Shown here: positions 1-10,124 of the stretch, piece by piece
Position numbering within the stretch: position 1 is the stretch's first letter
How the letters are laid out: each line of letters opens with the position of its first letter
Source: Candidatus Eiseniibacteriota bacterium
Lineage (GTDB): Bacteria; Eisenbacteria; RBG-16-71-46; DASYSL01
Direction of reading: 5' to 3'
NCBI GenBank assembly: GCA_036003365.1
Contig: DASYSL010000004.1
Location: forward strand, 1 to 60,695
Length of the DNA stretch: 60,695 bases
The notes under the pieces: generated by a model
Database searches by the model: none
Told to the model about the DNA's origin: nothing
Seen by the model: only the letters and a program-made list of their open reading frames with translations
Translations under genes and position numbers: made by a program

Positions 1-1
1 G

Positions 2-1165
2 GTGAAGTTTCCCGGCGTCGAGAGCGTGACCGGATCGGCGCGCGTGGCCGAGGCAGTCGAGGCGGCGGGCGGAGCCACCTCCGGCGGATCGCTCCGCAAT
101 CTGCACGTGCTGCACGCCGACGGCCGCGAGACGGTCGCGGACCTTGGGCGCTTCGGCGCGCTCGGGGATCTCGACGGCAATCCTTACCTCGAGGATGGCG
201 ACCGCATCGTCGTGCCGGCCATCGTCGCGCGCGTCTCCGTGTTCGGCTCGGTGGCCCGTCCGAACCTGTTCGAGTACCGGAGCGGGGACAGCCTGAGCAC
301 GCTCCTGCGCCTCGCCGGCGGGGCCCTGCCGGAAGCCCGGCTGGACTCGGCCGTGGTCATCCGCTTCCTCGGGGCGAATCAGCTCGACACCCTGGCCGTC
401 GATCTCAGGCCCGGCGGACCCGATCTCGGGCGCCTCGCTCAGCCGGACGACCGCTTGTTCGTGCGCGGCGAGCCGCAATGGCGACCGGCGCGCGAGGTCA
501 CGATCAGCGGCGAGATCAAATACCCGGGCACCTATGCGATCATCGAGGGGCGGGATCGGGTGAGCGATCTCCTGGGCTGGGCGGGTGGCTTCACGCCCTT
601 GGCGGCGCGCCGCAACGTGCGCATCGAGCGGCGGCCCGAGGACGCCAAGGACGATCCTGAGTTCGACCATCTGAGCCGGTTGAACCGCAGCGAGATGACC
701 AACAGCGAGTACCAGGGTTTCAAGAGCAAGCTCGCCCTGCGGCAGTCTTCCTACCTGATAGACTTCTCCCACGGCACCTCGCCGCACCCGGATCAGGATG
801 TCTTGCTGCGCGACGGCGATCACGTCGCGGTCGAGCGCCTGCAGCAATCGGTGCGCGTGGATGGATCCGTGAAGGAGCCGGGCCTCTTCCAGTACGCGAC
901 CGGTCGTAGCGTCGAGGACTACATCCGTCTCGCGGGAGGGACGACGACGCACGCGAACAGCTCGGACGCGCGCCTCACGCGCGCCGGCAGCAGCAGTACC
1001 TTGCAGGCCCACGACGTGCGCGTGGTCGAGCCGGGTGACTTCATCTGGGTGCCGGAAAAAAAGGAAGTGTCGACGTGGTCGGTGTTCAAGGACATCATGA
1101 TCGTGGCGGGGCAGGCGGCGGCCGTCATCCTTCTGGTCGACAACCTGAGCCACCACAATAATTGA
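2..1165 (+). CDS. Polysaccharide export protein, Wza/SLBB-type (5' end cut by the window edge)
   Basis: The ORF is open at the window start. It has repeated beta-grasp (SLBB-like) segments (GDRIVVPA, DDRLFVRG, GDHVAVE, GDFIWVPEK) and a C-terminal hydrophobic helix (MIVAGQAAAVILLV). It is the first gene of a Wzx/Wzy gene set. Confidence 0.75.
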   Translation: MKFPGVESVTGSARVAEAVEAAGGATSGGSLRNLHVLHADGRETVADLGRFGALGDLDGNPYLEDGDRIVVPAIVARVSVFGSVARPNLFEYRSGDSLSTLLRLAGGALPEARLDSAVVIRFLGANQLDTLAVDLRPGGPDLGRLAQPDDRLFVRGEPQWRPAREVTISGEIKYPGTYAIIEGRDRVSDLLGWAGGFTPLAARRNVRIERRPEDAKDDPEFDHLSRLNRSEMTNSEYQGFKSKLALRQSSYLIDFSHGTSPHPDQDVLLRDGDHVAVERLQQSVRVDGSVKEPGLFQYATGRSVEDYIRLAGGTTTHANSSDARLTRAGSSSTLQAHDVRVVEPGDFIWVPEKKEVSTWSVFKDIMIVAGQAAAVILLVDNLSHHNN

Positions 1166-1181
1166 GCGCGGGAAAGAGCCG

Positions 1182-2273
1182 ATGACGATGCGAAGCGCGC
1201 CGATGCAACCCGTGAGCACCCACAAGGAGCCCGGGCTCCCCGACTTCTGGGCGAGCGCCAGGCCCTATCGCCGACGCATCGCCCTCGTCGTTCTCATCGG
1301 CACCGTGCTCGGCGCCGTGGTCGCGTTCGCCTGGCCACCGAGCTACAAGGCAACCGTGACCATCCTGCCGCCTTCCGAAGAAGAGACCGGGTTCAGCGTG
1401 ACTTCGGTCCTGTCGCGCATCTCCGTGCCGGGTGTCCACATCCCTTCGCGTAGCGGCCCGATCGACATCACCCTCAGCGTGCTGAACAGCCGGCGTCTGG
1501 CATCCGCCCTCGTGGATCGCTTCGGCTTGATCCGCGTCTACCACTGCAAGACGCAGGAAGAAGCCATCCGCAAGCTCAAGAAGCGAATCGACTCGGGCGC
1601 CGATCCGAGCGGCACCGTGGTCGCCTCGGTTCGCGATCGCGATCCCGAGCGGGCAGCCCAGATGGCCAATGCGCTCATCGAGGAGCTCGATCGCTTCAAC
1701 CGCGACGTGCGCATGACCAAGGGCCGGCGAGCGCGCTTGTTCGTCGAGGGACGCATCCAGCAGACGCGCAAGGATCTCGCCGCGGCCGAGCAGGACTTGA
1801 AGGACTACCAGAGGCAGAACAAGACGCTGGCGCTCGATCCCGATCAAGCCTCGACGGTCGAGAGCGGAGCCAAGCTGTTCGCCACGCAAGCCGCCCTCCA
1901 GGTGCAGGTCGGCCTGGCACAGGAATACGCGACCGCGCGCAGCGAGGAAGTGCAGCGGTTGCAGCAGCAGCTCGATCAGGTGAACCGCGAAATCTCTTCC
2001 TTGCCGAACCTGGGCATGGAGCTGGCGCGGCGCATGCGCGAGGTGAAGATCCAGGAGCAGGTTTTCGCTCTTCTCTCCGCGCAATACGAGGAGGCGCGCA
2101 TCGACGAGGCTCGCGACGTCCCGACCGTCGAAATCCTCGATCCCGCCGTGCCGCCGGATCGTCCGGTGTGGCCGCGCAAGGGGCGCCTCATCGCCATCGC
2201 TTTCGGCATCTCCCTCTTGGGCGCTCTCGGGTGGACGGCTTGGAGCGTGCGCCAGTCCTCTTTCCTCACCTAG
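1182..2273 (+). CDS. Wzz/GumC-like polysaccharide co-polymerase (chain-length determinant) without a kinase domain
   Basis: An N-terminal TM helix is followed by PPSYKATVTILPP, then a long coiled-coil middle and a second TM helix at the C-terminus (LIAIAFGISLLGALGW). No P-loop is present. An RBS-like GGAAAGAG lies upstream. Confidence 0.75.
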   Translation: MTMRSAPMQPVSTHKEPGLPDFWASARPYRRRIALVVLIGTVLGAVVAFAWPPSYKATVTILPPSEEETGFSVTSVLSRISVPGVHIPSRSGPIDITLSVLNSRRLASALVDRFGLIRVYHCKTQEEAIRKLKKRIDSGADPSGTVVASVRDRDPERAAQMANALIEELDRFNRDVRMTKGRRARLFVEGRIQQTRKDLAAAEQDLKDYQRQNKTLALDPDQASTVESGAKLFATQAALQVQVGLAQEYATARSEEVQRLQQQLDQVNREISSLPNLGMELARRMREVKIQEQVFALLSAQYEEARIDEARDVPTVEILDPAVPPDRPVWPRKGRLIAIAFGISLLGALGWTAWSVRQSSFLT

Positions 2274-2277
2274 AGTC

Positions 2278-3801
2278 GTGATCGGACGTTTGCTTCCGCG
2301 CCGCCTCGCGCGGAACGCCGGGTTCATCCTGTTCGGCCGTCTCTGGTTCATCCTCATCTGGTTCGTCGTCACCCCCCGCATCCTCCACACCCTCGGGCCC
2401 GAGCGCTTCGGTGTCTGGGGCCTTCTGTTCCTCCTCTCGGGCTATCTGGCGACCTTCGATCTCGGTCTGGGCACCACCGTCGTCAAATTCACCGCCGAGC
2501 ACGCCGCGGGCGCGGATTGGGACCGGCTGCACTCGACCCTGGGCGAGATCACGCGCGTCTATTTGATCCTGGGCGTGGTTTGGGTCGCAGCCCTCGTCGC
2601 CCTTCATCCTCTCCTGATGCGAGGCCTGCACATCACACCAGAGTACTGGGCGGAGGTGCGCTTCGCGCTCTTGGCCAGCTCGGCGGTATTCGCCTTCGCC
2701 AATCTCGTGGGCGTGGGCACCGGGATTCTGAACGGCCTGCAGCGCATGGATCTCGCCAACGGCATTCTCGTTCTCTCGTCGATGCCGCAAGTCGGGCTCT
2801 TGCTGTGGGGGCTCGCCCGGGGCATGGGTCTCTACGCGGTCGTGATCAGCACCGCCGCCGGCTGGCTGGTCACCGCGGTGGCCACGTGGGTCGCGCTGCG
2901 CGGCGTCGCGCCGCAGCTTCGCTGGCCCTCGGTCGCGAGCCGTGGCGAAGGCGCGCCGTGGTTTCGATTCAGCACCCTCATGCAGCTCAACAACGTCCTG
3001 CAGCTCAGCCAGCACCAGATCGACAAGCTGGTGCTCGGTTTCCTGCTCGGCGTGTCCTCGGTGGGCGATTTCGAGCTCGGGTTCCGCGTCGCCAATGCCG
3101 TGCAGTCGTTGCCGGTGCTGGCGCTGAGCCCGCTCCTGCCTGCGTTCACCGAGATGGGCGCGGCGTCGCACTCGCAGCCCTTCCGCGATCTCTGCCTCCG
3201 GGGGACGCGGAGTCTCGCGATGTTTTCGCTCCTCCTGGCGGCCTGCTCGATTCCGGCCGCGCCCCTCGTGATCCGCGCCTGGGTCGGCCCCGATCACCGC
3301 GTGGCCGAAGGGTTGGCGCAGTGGATGCTCGGCGCGTTCGCTCTCAACCTGTGCACCAACGTAGCCTCGACCGCGGTGCGGGCCGCCGGGCAGCCCGAGC
3401 GTGAGGTGGCGCCGGCCGTGTCGGCGCTCGTCCTGCACGTGGCGGTGAGCGTCGTCTTCATCCGCCTGTGGGGTGCGCCGGGCGTGGGACCGGCCATGCT
3501 CCTCGCCATGATCGTGTGGTGGGTGTTCTTCCTGGCGCGGTTCGCGCGCTGGATCGATCGGCCGGTTTCCGCGATCCTGGTCGATCCGTTCCAGCGGCCG
3601 ATCATCTGTTTCTTGCCGGCGCTCGGCGTCGGTCTCGCGGCGGTGGCCGCGGTCGAATCCCGCTTTACCCTGGGACGCTGGCCCGCCCTCCTGCTGGCCG
3701 CCGGTGCCGGCGCGGCCGCGGCCGCGACTTTCGCGCTCGCCTGGCGTCTTCTTTCCGGGCCTCGTGGCGCCGTCCAGGTCCCTGGCCGCAATGCCGCGTA
3801 G
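2278..3801 (+). CDS. Wzx-type oligosaccharide flippase (MOP superfamily)
   Basis: The 507-aa polytopic protein has the N-terminus RNAGFILFGRLWFILIWFVVTPRIL, typical of polysaccharide biosynthesis flippases. Its GTG start lies 4 nt after the upstream stop. Confidence 0.75.
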   Translation: MIGRLLPRRLARNAGFILFGRLWFILIWFVVTPRILHTLGPERFGVWGLLFLLSGYLATFDLGLGTTVVKFTAEHAAGADWDRLHSTLGEITRVYLILGVVWVAALVALHPLLMRGLHITPEYWAEVRFALLASSAVFAFANLVGVGTGILNGLQRMDLANGILVLSSMPQVGLLLWGLARGMGLYAVVISTAAGWLVTAVATWVALRGVAPQLRWPSVASRGEGAPWFRFSTLMQLNNVLQLSQHQIDKLVLGFLLGVSSVGDFELGFRVANAVQSLPVLALSPLLPAFTEMGAASHSQPFRDLCLRGTRSLAMFSLLLAACSIPAAPLVIRAWVGPDHRVAEGLAQWMLGAFALNLCTNVASTAVRAAGQPEREVAPAVSALVLHVAVSVVFIRLWGAPGVGPAMLLAMIVWWVFFLARFARWIDRPVSAILVDPFQRPIICFLPALGVGLAAVAAVESRFTLGRWPALLLAAGAGAAAAATFALAWRLLSGPRGAVQVPGRNAA

Positions 3802-5452
3802 CCCGCGCCCCATTCTCCAGGCTTCGATCGTCGCCTCGTTCTTCCTGGCGTTCTACCTGGCGACCCTCTCGCGCAATCTCGCCTTGGCGCACGACAGCGT
3901 TTACTACCTACATGCGATCGAGACCGGGATCGATCTCTTCCACCCGCACCATCTCTTTTACGCGCCTCTGGCGCGCGCATGGCTCCTCGGGCTGCGTCTC
4001 TTCGCGCCGCAGGTGAACCCGACTCTGGCCGTCGATGCCTTGAATTCCGTGGCCGGAGCCCTCGGCGCGGCCGTTTCTTTTCTCCTGCTGCGGCGCCGGT
4101 TCGGGTTGTCCGTGGCGGCCGCGTTCGTGGGCACCGCCCTGGCCGGGCTCTCCTTCGGCTACTGGTTCTACAGTGTGTGCATCGAGGTCTATCTCATTCC
4201 TTTGTCCTTTCTCCTGCTCACGCTCCACGTGCTGAGCGGGGGGCCCTTCACGGGCCGCCGCGCCGCGGCCGTGGCCTGCCTCCACGCGCTCGCCGTCGTG
4301 TTCCACCAGGTGCACGTGTTGTTCGGGTCCGTGGTGGTCGCGGCCTGGGCGTGGACCGCGAGGCGCGATTTCTCGGGCGCGCTTCGCGGCGCGGCGGCCT
4401 ATCTCGCGCTCGTGATCCCGCTGGTGGTGATTCCCTACGTGCTCGTGATGGCGGTCCCGCTGAGGCTGCACTCCGCGGGCGAGGGGTGGCTCTGGCTCAC
4501 GACGTATGCGAGGCAGAGCGAATTCTGGAGCCCGCTCGCGCTGTCGACGGCGGTCAAAGCCGGGGTGGGGGCCTTGCGTGCCGTGTTCGGCATGCACTTC
4601 GCGTTCGCGGTTCCCGCGGTGCGCCAAGTCATCGGGCGGGTCTTCCCTGGGCAGCTCTCGGTGGACGAGATGTACCTCGTCCGACCCATGGCGCCGGCAA
4701 CCGGGGTCGTGCTGCTCTGCTTGGCGGTTTCGGTCCTCGCGGGGACGGCGCTGGGATGGCTCGGCGGCTGGCGGAGGAAGGAGCCGCTCGACGAGACGGC
4801 GGCACGCACGCTGCTCCTCCTGGGCGTGTGGATCGCAACCTACGCCGTGTTCTTCTTCTTCTGGGTGCCGTTCAATCCCGAATTCTGGATTCCGCAAGTG
4901 ACGGCTGGATGGCTCGCCTTCGCGGGCGTGCTCCTCGCTCCGCGCGCGGGGGCGACGAGCCGGTCCACCTGGCTCTGGCTCGCCTCGTATTTGGCCCTCG
5001 GGCTTCTCGTGGTCAACGGCCTGGGCACGATTCGATGGACAGCTGCCGCCGACCGCGATTACTACTCGGTGCAAACCGCGCCTCTGTCCCATCTCTCCCG
5101 CGAGGGCGATCTCGTGGTCTTCGGCCGGAAGTGGATTCTCGAGGGTTACCTGCGGCGACTCAGCCCGGCCGAAGGCATCGGGATCCTCGAATCCCGCAAG
5201 ACGAGCGGCGGGGGAGAGGCGTTTGAGGACTCGCTCGAGATGAGAGTCCATGGCGCGCTTGCGCGGGGTGGCCGGGTGTGGGTGTCGCGCGAGGCGGTCG
5301 AGCTCGAGCCTCCCGTGACGGCGTCCCTGGGACGAGACACGGTGCGCGTCCGACGGCTGTGGGCGCCGTACGCGGGGGCGTGGCGCGCCGTGCACGAGGG
5401 GCCGAGCTTGTTCTACGAGATCGTTTCGGCCGACACGGCGCAGGCTCGATGA
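3791..5452 (+). CDS. Polytopic membrane protein, GT-C-like (DUF2723/PMT-like) putative glycosyltransferase
   Basis: ATG 3791 was chosen because the 29 upstream codons of tracked ORF 3704 are Arg/Pro-rich and overlap the flippase. The first loop (LAHDSVYYLHAIE...FHPHHLFYAPL) resembles the DS...PPGYPL loop of DUF2723/PMT-like enzymes. The C-terminal part is soluble. Confidence 0.55.
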   Translation: MPRSPRPILQASIVASFFLAFYLATLSRNLALAHDSVYYLHAIETGIDLFHPHHLFYAPLARAWLLGLRLFAPQVNPTLAVDALNSVAGALGAAVSFLLLRRRFGLSVAAAFVGTALAGLSFGYWFYSVCIEVYLIPLSFLLLTLHVLSGGPFTGRRAAAVACLHALAVVFHQVHVLFGSVVVAAWAWTARRDFSGALRGAAAYLALVIPLVVIPYVLVMAVPLRLHSAGEGWLWLTTYARQSEFWSPLALSTAVKAGVGALRAVFGMHFAFAVPAVRQVIGRVFPGQLSVDEMYLVRPMAPATGVVLLCLAVSVLAGTALGWLGGWRRKEPLDETAARTLLLLGVWIATYAVFFFFWVPFNPEFWIPQVTAGWLAFAGVLLAPRAGATSRSTWLWLASYLALGLLVVNGLGTIRWTAAADRDYYSVQTAPLSHLSREGDLVVFGRKWILEGYLRRLSPAEGIGILESRKTSGGGEAFEDSLEMRVHGALARGGRVWVSREAVELEPPVTASLGRDTVRVRRLWAPYAGAWRAVHEGPSLFYEIVSADTAQAR

Positions 5453-6234
5453 GCCAGAGCCCCTCGATTGCGGCGGTCCTCATCGTGCAGGACGAAGCGC
5501 ATCAGCTGCGTGACTGCCTCGCCACCCTGGCCTGGGCCGACGAGATCGTGGTCGTCGATGGCGGCAGCCGCGATGGCACCGCCGATCTCGCTCGCGCGTT
5601 GGGCGGGCGCGTGGTCGAGCGCACGTTCACCGACTTCGCCGACCAGCGGAATTTTGCTCTCGCGCAAGCCACCGCCGAATGGGTCCTCATGATCGACGCC
5701 GACGAGCGCGTCACCGAGAACCTGCGCGACGAGATCCGCGAAGCGGTCCGCCGCCCCGGCTGTGACGCCTACCGGGTGCCGCACCTCGACTACATGTTCG
5801 GCCGCTGGATCCGCCACGGGGGATGGTTTCCGCAATATCACCTGCGGCTCGCCCGCCGCTCGGGCGCGCGCTGGGACCGGCCCGTGCACGAAGTGCTGAC
5901 AGTCGACGGCAAAGTGGGCACGTTGCGCGAGCCGCTCTTGCACTTCGCGCACGCCGATGTGCGCGATTTCATCCGCAAGCTGAATCGCTACACCGATGAC
6001 GAAGTCGAGCGTCAGTGGGCCGGCCGCCGGCCGCCTTGGTGGCGCGTGCTGTGCGAGCCACCGCTCTACTTCGCGTACAAGTACTTCGTCCAGAGCGGCT
6101 GGCGCGACGGCGGCCACGGGTTCATCCTCGCCCAGCTCATGGCTTTCTATCGCTTCAGCCGACTGGCGAAAGCATGGACGCGGAGCCGTCCCGCGGAGGA
6201 CCGCTCCGCGCCCCCGCGCATGAGGGCCGGGTGA
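5449..6234 (+). CDS. Family 2 glycosyltransferase (GT-A fold)
   Basis: ATG 5449 overlaps the upstream stop (ATGA). Motifs: IAAVLIVQDEAHQL, VVVDGGSRDGT, MIDADERV (DxD). Confidence 0.85.
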   Translation: MSQSPSIAAVLIVQDEAHQLRDCLATLAWADEIVVVDGGSRDGTADLARALGGRVVERTFTDFADQRNFALAQATAEWVLMIDADERVTENLRDEIREAVRRPGCDAYRVPHLDYMFGRWIRHGGWFPQYHLRLARRSGARWDRPVHEVLTVDGKVGTLREPLLHFAHADVRDFIRKLNRYTDDEVERQWAGRRPPWWRVLCEPPLYFAYKYFVQSGWRDGGHGFILAQLMAFYRFSRLAKAWTRSRPAEDRSAPPRMRAG

Positions 6235-7208
6235 ACGAGGCCCTGGCGCCGGACGTCTCGGTTCTCGTGGTGAGCTACAACCACGTGGAGTGGCTCCGGC
6301 GCTGCCTCCAGGCGGTGCCCCACGCCTGCGCCCCGCGCACCTTCGAGATCCTCGTGGTCGACAACGCGTCGCGCGACGGCTCGCGCGAATGGCTCGCCGC
6401 GCAGCCGGGCCTGGGCAGGTTCCTGAACCAGGAGAACGCGGGCTTCACCCGCGCCATGAACCAGGCACTCGGGGCGGCGCGCGGCCGTTTCGTCCTCTGG
6501 CTGAACAGCGACTGCGAAGCCGGCGCTGGCTCGATCGCAGGCGGCATCGACTATCTCACGCAGCACCCGGAGGTCTGGATCGTGGGCGGAGCGCTGGTCG
6601 ACGACCATGGGAAACGGCAGCCCTCGGCGCTCGCCTTTCCCGGCGTGGTCGCCGTGCTCACTCATTGCCTGGGACTCAAGCGCTGGCTTCGCTGGAAGTG
6701 GCTGCGGGGGCTGGCCGGCGCGGGCGCGCGGCTCACGGGCTCGCGCTACGCCGCGAGCTATCTGGAGCACGGAGCGGCGAGCGAATCGCCGCGCGAGACC
6801 GACTGGGTGACGGGTGCGTTCCTGCTCGCCAGGCGCGAAGCGGTCGAGCGTGTCGGCGGGCTCGACGAGCGTTTCTGGATGTATTCCGAAGACACCGACT
6901 GGTGCCGCCGGGTGAAGCTCGCGGGCGGCCGCGTCGTGTTCCTGCCCTCGATGCGTGCCGTGCATGCCGTGGGCGCGAGCGCGGGCACAAGCGACGTCGC
7001 GCGGTGCCATTACTATCGGAGCATGTGGCTCTATCATGCCAAGCATGATCCACAGGCGTCGCTTGCCCACGCCATCCTGACGCTCTACTTCCGGATGCGC
7101 GCTCTCGGTCCCGACCCCGACCTTTGGCGGAGACTCGCCCGCTGGGCAGGGGGAAGGGGCCCGGAGCCTTGCGCCGTCCCGGCTCCTGAACGGAACATGG
7201 CGCCATGA
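6231..7208 (+). CDS. Family 2 glycosyltransferase (rhamnosyltransferase-like)
   Basis: GTG 6231 overlaps the upstream stop (GTGA); ATG 6174 is an alternative start. Motifs: VSVLVVSYNHVEWLRRCL, VVDNASRDGS, NAGFTRAMN, WLNSDC. Confidence 0.8.
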   Translation: MNEALAPDVSVLVVSYNHVEWLRRCLQAVPHACAPRTFEILVVDNASRDGSREWLAAQPGLGRFLNQENAGFTRAMNQALGAARGRFVLWLNSDCEAGAGSIAGGIDYLTQHPEVWIVGGALVDDHGKRQPSALAFPGVVAVLTHCLGLKRWLRWKWLRGLAGAGARLTGSRYAASYLEHGAASESPRETDWVTGAFLLARREAVERVGGLDERFWMYSEDTDWCRRVKLAGGRVVFLPSMRAVHAVGASAGTSDVARCHYYRSMWLYHAKHDPQASLAHAILTLYFRMRALGPDPDLWRRLARWAGGRGPEPCAVPAPERNMAP

Positions 7209-8644
7209 GCACGTTCGAGCCACGGGCGCTGCCGCAGGCCACCCTGGACGGGGGAGGAGGGCGACGCGCCAGGGGACGCGCCTCGGCGCTCCTTCTGTGG
7301 TGCATTCCGCTTCTGGCGGGGCTCGCGGCCTGGCTGATCGCCGCCGATGCGATCGCGATTCCGGCCGCGGCCGTCGCCATCGTGCTGCTGGTCTATTTCT
7401 CCCTCCGGGACGTGCGCTTCGCCTACATGGCGCTGGTGGGCCTGGCCGCCTTCGTCGATTACGGCGGCGGCTTCCTCACACGCTGGCTCTCGATCGTCTG
7501 CGCTTGGGCCGTGCTTCTCGGCATCCTCATGCTGTGGCGAAGCTCCTGGAAGACCGTCGTCTTTCCGCGCGCGAGCGTCGGCGTTCCGGTCGCCATCTGG
7601 ATCGCATGGGCCTGCTTCGGCGCTCTCAACGGCTGGCTCAAGAGCAACAACGAGCAGCACCTCGGTCTCGAGTTCCTCGGAGCTCTCTGGCCGCTGATCG
7701 GCCTCGTCGCCATGCAGCTCTTCGGCCGCGAGAATCTCGGCTACGTCCTCGTGGGGCTCGTCGTCGTCACCCTTCCCCAAGTTCCGTACGGACTCATCGA
7801 GATGAAGAAGGAAGGGATTCGCATCGGCGGCGTCTATTTCATCTGTCTCACCGGTCTCGCGGCCATGGGGCTGTGGGTATGCGCCCTGCTCACGCCGTCA
7901 CGCCGCGTTCGCTTCGTTGCGCTCCTGGCCTCGATGCCGCTCCTGCTGCACGTCCTCTTGTCGTTCACCCGCAGCTTCTGGCTGGGCTTCCTGGTCGCGC
8001 TCGGCGCCGCCGCCGTTCTCGTGTGGTGGAACCTGGGATGGCACGAGCCCGAGGTGCGCTGGCGCCGCATGTTGCACATCCCGGTGTTCGCCGGCTTGCT
8101 CGGTCTCACCGCGCTCGTGGGAATTGCCGTCTCGGGAGAGAAGGATCTTCTGGGGGGCATCGGAAGGCGGTTCGGGACTTCCTTCAGCACCGAGGCCAAC
8201 TGGGAGACGGCCTCGAACTTCTTCCGTCTGGTCGAGTACGACGAGGCGATCTCGTGGGCGAAGCAGTCGCCGATCGTGGGCCAGGGCTTCGGGCACATGC
8301 ACGTGCTGCGCGATCCCTTCTTCGGCACGCGATTTCTCGAAGGCACGGTGCACGACTACTACCTCTTCCTATGGCTCAAGCTGGGCGCCGTCGGTCTCGC
8401 GGCTTTTGCGTTGCTCATCGGGTCGACGCTGTGGGCGGCCTTCGGCGTCGCCCGCCGCGCGTCCGACTGGAAGGTCCGCGCCTGGGCGATCGGCACGATC
8501 GCGATCACGGTGCAGGTGCTCACCATCTCGGTGGCCAACTATCCTCTCGGGGACGTGAACGCCGGCTTCTACCTGGGGACGATCTGGGGCGTCCTCTGGT
8601 CCCTCGATCGCCAGGTCCCTCCCTTCCAGCGGCCTTCCTGGTAA
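7205..8644 (+). CDS. O-antigen polymerase/ligase family membrane protein (Wzy-like)
   Basis: ATG 7205 overlaps the upstream stop (ATGA). The protein has about 11 hydrophobic helices and an LLSFTRSFWLGFLVALGAAAV segment followed by a large loop, as in Wzy_C proteins. Confidence 0.7.
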   Translation: MSTFEPRALPQATLDGGGGRRARGRASALLLWCIPLLAGLAAWLIAADAIAIPAAAVAIVLLVYFSLRDVRFAYMALVGLAAFVDYGGGFLTRWLSIVCAWAVLLGILMLWRSSWKTVVFPRASVGVPVAIWIAWACFGALNGWLKSNNEQHLGLEFLGALWPLIGLVAMQLFGRENLGYVLVGLVVVTLPQVPYGLIEMKKEGIRIGGVYFICLTGLAAMGLWVCALLTPSRRVRFVALLASMPLLLHVLLSFTRSFWLGFLVALGAAAVLVWWNLGWHEPEVRWRRMLHIPVFAGLLGLTALVGIAVSGEKDLLGGIGRRFGTSFSTEANWETASNFFRLVEYDEAISWAKQSPIVGQGFGHMHVLRDPFFGTRFLEGTVHDYYLFLWLKLGAVGLAAFALLIGSTLWAAFGVARRASDWKVRAWAIGTIAITVQVLTISVANYPLGDVNAGFYLGTIWGVLWSLDRQVPPFQRPSW

Positions 8645-8647
8645 CGA

Positions 8648-9856
8648 GTGCGCCCGCGGGTTCTCTTCCTCACGACTCGGTTTCCCTTCCCTCCCGACCG
8701 CGGCGACCGCCTGCACGCGTTTCACTTGCTTCGCGTGCTCGCCGAGCGCTTCGACGTGACCCTGGCGGCCTTCGATGAGGGAGAGAGCGGGTCCGCGGGG
8801 GCGAGCGTGTTCGAGGGCTTGGGCGTGCGCGTGCGCACGGTTCCCCTGTCGCGCTTCGCTCGTCTGGCCCGTCTGGGTGGCGCCCTGGTCACCGGCGAGC
8901 CTTTGCAGATCGCGTATTACCGAGATGAAGCCATGCGCCGGCTGGTCACGTCATCCTTGCCGGCCGGGCAGTCGTACGACGCCGTGGTCTGCCATCTCGT
9001 GCGCACGGCTCCCTATGCGGCCGCGGCTCCCACGCGTGTCCGCCTCTTGTCGCTCTGCGATTCCATGGCTCTGGGTCTCGAACGCCGCATGCGCCACGCG
9101 CCCTGGCTCGAGCGGCCCTCGATCGGGCTCGAGCACGCACGGATGCGGCGCTTCGAGAGCTCGGTGCTCGACGACTTCGACGAAGGCTGGCTGGTCTCGG
9201 GAGTCGACCTCGCGGAATTCCCCGGCGACACGCGCAAGATCCGCGTGATTCCCAACGGCGTCGACGCGCGCCTGCTCGAAGGCGACATCCCGGAAGATCC
9301 GCCGTCCGTGATCGGGTTCCACGGTCACTTCCGCGTGCCGCACAACGTCGATGCGGCCGGATTCCTGGTGCGAGAGGTCCTGCCGCGGCTGCGGGCGCGG
9401 GGCATCGAGACAAAGGTGCGCTTCATCGGCGCCGATCCGGCTCCGGCGGTGCGCGCCCTGGCGTCGGTGCCGGGAGTCGAGGTGCGCGGCTACGTCGAGG
9501 ATCTGCGCAGCGTCCTGCAGGAGTACCGCGTGCTCTGCGCGCCGCTGCGATTCTCGGCGGGGATCCAGAACAAGCTGATCGAGGCCCTCGCGGCAGGGGT
9601 CCCGGTCGTCTCGGCGACGAGCGCGATCGAAGCTCTCGGGGGCGCGCCCTCGAGCATCGCCCAAGGCGCGGACGACCCCGAAGCATACGCCGCGGCCATC
9701 GCGCAGCAGTGGGCACGCGGCGAGGAACGCATGCACGCGCTCGTCGCCGCGCGAGAGTGGGTGCGCTTGCAATTCCGCTGGGAGAACTTCGCCGACCGGG
9801 TCTCGGCGTGGATCGCCGGCACCGGGGGAGCGACCGGCCCTGTAAGGCAATCCTGA
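8648..9856 (+). CDS. GT-B fold glycosyltransferase (GT4-like)
   Basis: The N-terminus is RVLFLTTRFPFPPDRGDRLHAFHLL. The C-terminal RFSAGIQNKLIEALAAGVPVV is the nucleotide-sugar binding region of GT4/GT1-fold enzymes. Confidence 0.8.
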   Translation: MRPRVLFLTTRFPFPPDRGDRLHAFHLLRVLAERFDVTLAAFDEGESGSAGASVFEGLGVRVRTVPLSRFARLARLGGALVTGEPLQIAYYRDEAMRRLVTSSLPAGQSYDAVVCHLVRTAPYAAAAPTRVRLLSLCDSMALGLERRMRHAPWLERPSIGLEHARMRRFESSVLDDFDEGWLVSGVDLAEFPGDTRKIRVIPNGVDARLLEGDIPEDPPSVIGFHGHFRVPHNVDAAGFLVREVLPRLRARGIETKVRFIGADPAPAVRALASVPGVEVRGYVEDLRSVLQEYRVLCAPLRFSAGIQNKLIEALAAGVPVVSATSAIEALGGAPSSIAQGADDPEAYAAAIAQQWARGEERMHALVAAREWVRLQFRWENFADRVSAWIAGTGGATGPVRQS

Positions 9857-10095
9857 ACACGAATGCCTCGCGGATCCGGCACGAAGACCACGAGAACTGG
9901 CTTTTCAGCATGGTATTTGCGTGGTATTCTCTTAGCCAGTGATCGGGGTCAAGGACGAGTCCGAAAAAGCCCTGAAAACCCCGCCGAGCCCGTTCGGCAC
10001 CGAGGAGAAAACATCCTTCCAAGGCTACCCACTCTTCCCCCTAAAGAAATCACAGCGAAGGCCGATAAGGGTGATGTCAAACGGCCAAAAAGCCT

Positions 10096-10124
10096 TTGAC
10101 ACCGTCACTTGGCACGCATAACGT
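10096..10124 (+). promoter_or_regulatory. Sigma70-like promoter candidate TTGACA-17-TAACGT ahead of the SDR gene
   Basis: The hexamers and spacing were read directly. A hairpin (10131-10171, core gtgggtt-gtgc-aacccac) follows in the predicted leader. Confidence 0.3.

Noticed and set aside
10058-10079. Possible fifth, degenerate copy of the box repeat (minus strand ATCACCCTTATCGGCCTTCG).
   Set aside because: Only about 14 of 20 positions match and there is no adjacent hairpin. It is too weak to count.
9863-10121. Small ORFs (78 aa and 60 aa) in the low-GC spacer of the polysaccharide cluster.
   Set aside because: They have no RBS, a low-complexity Lys/Pro/Ser-rich translation, and they overlap the promoter-like element. 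They were treated as noncoding.
10110-10124. TGGCAC at 10110 as a sigma-54 -24 element.
   Set aside because: The expected -12 TTGC/TGCA element at the correct spacing is absent (the sequence there is ACGT).
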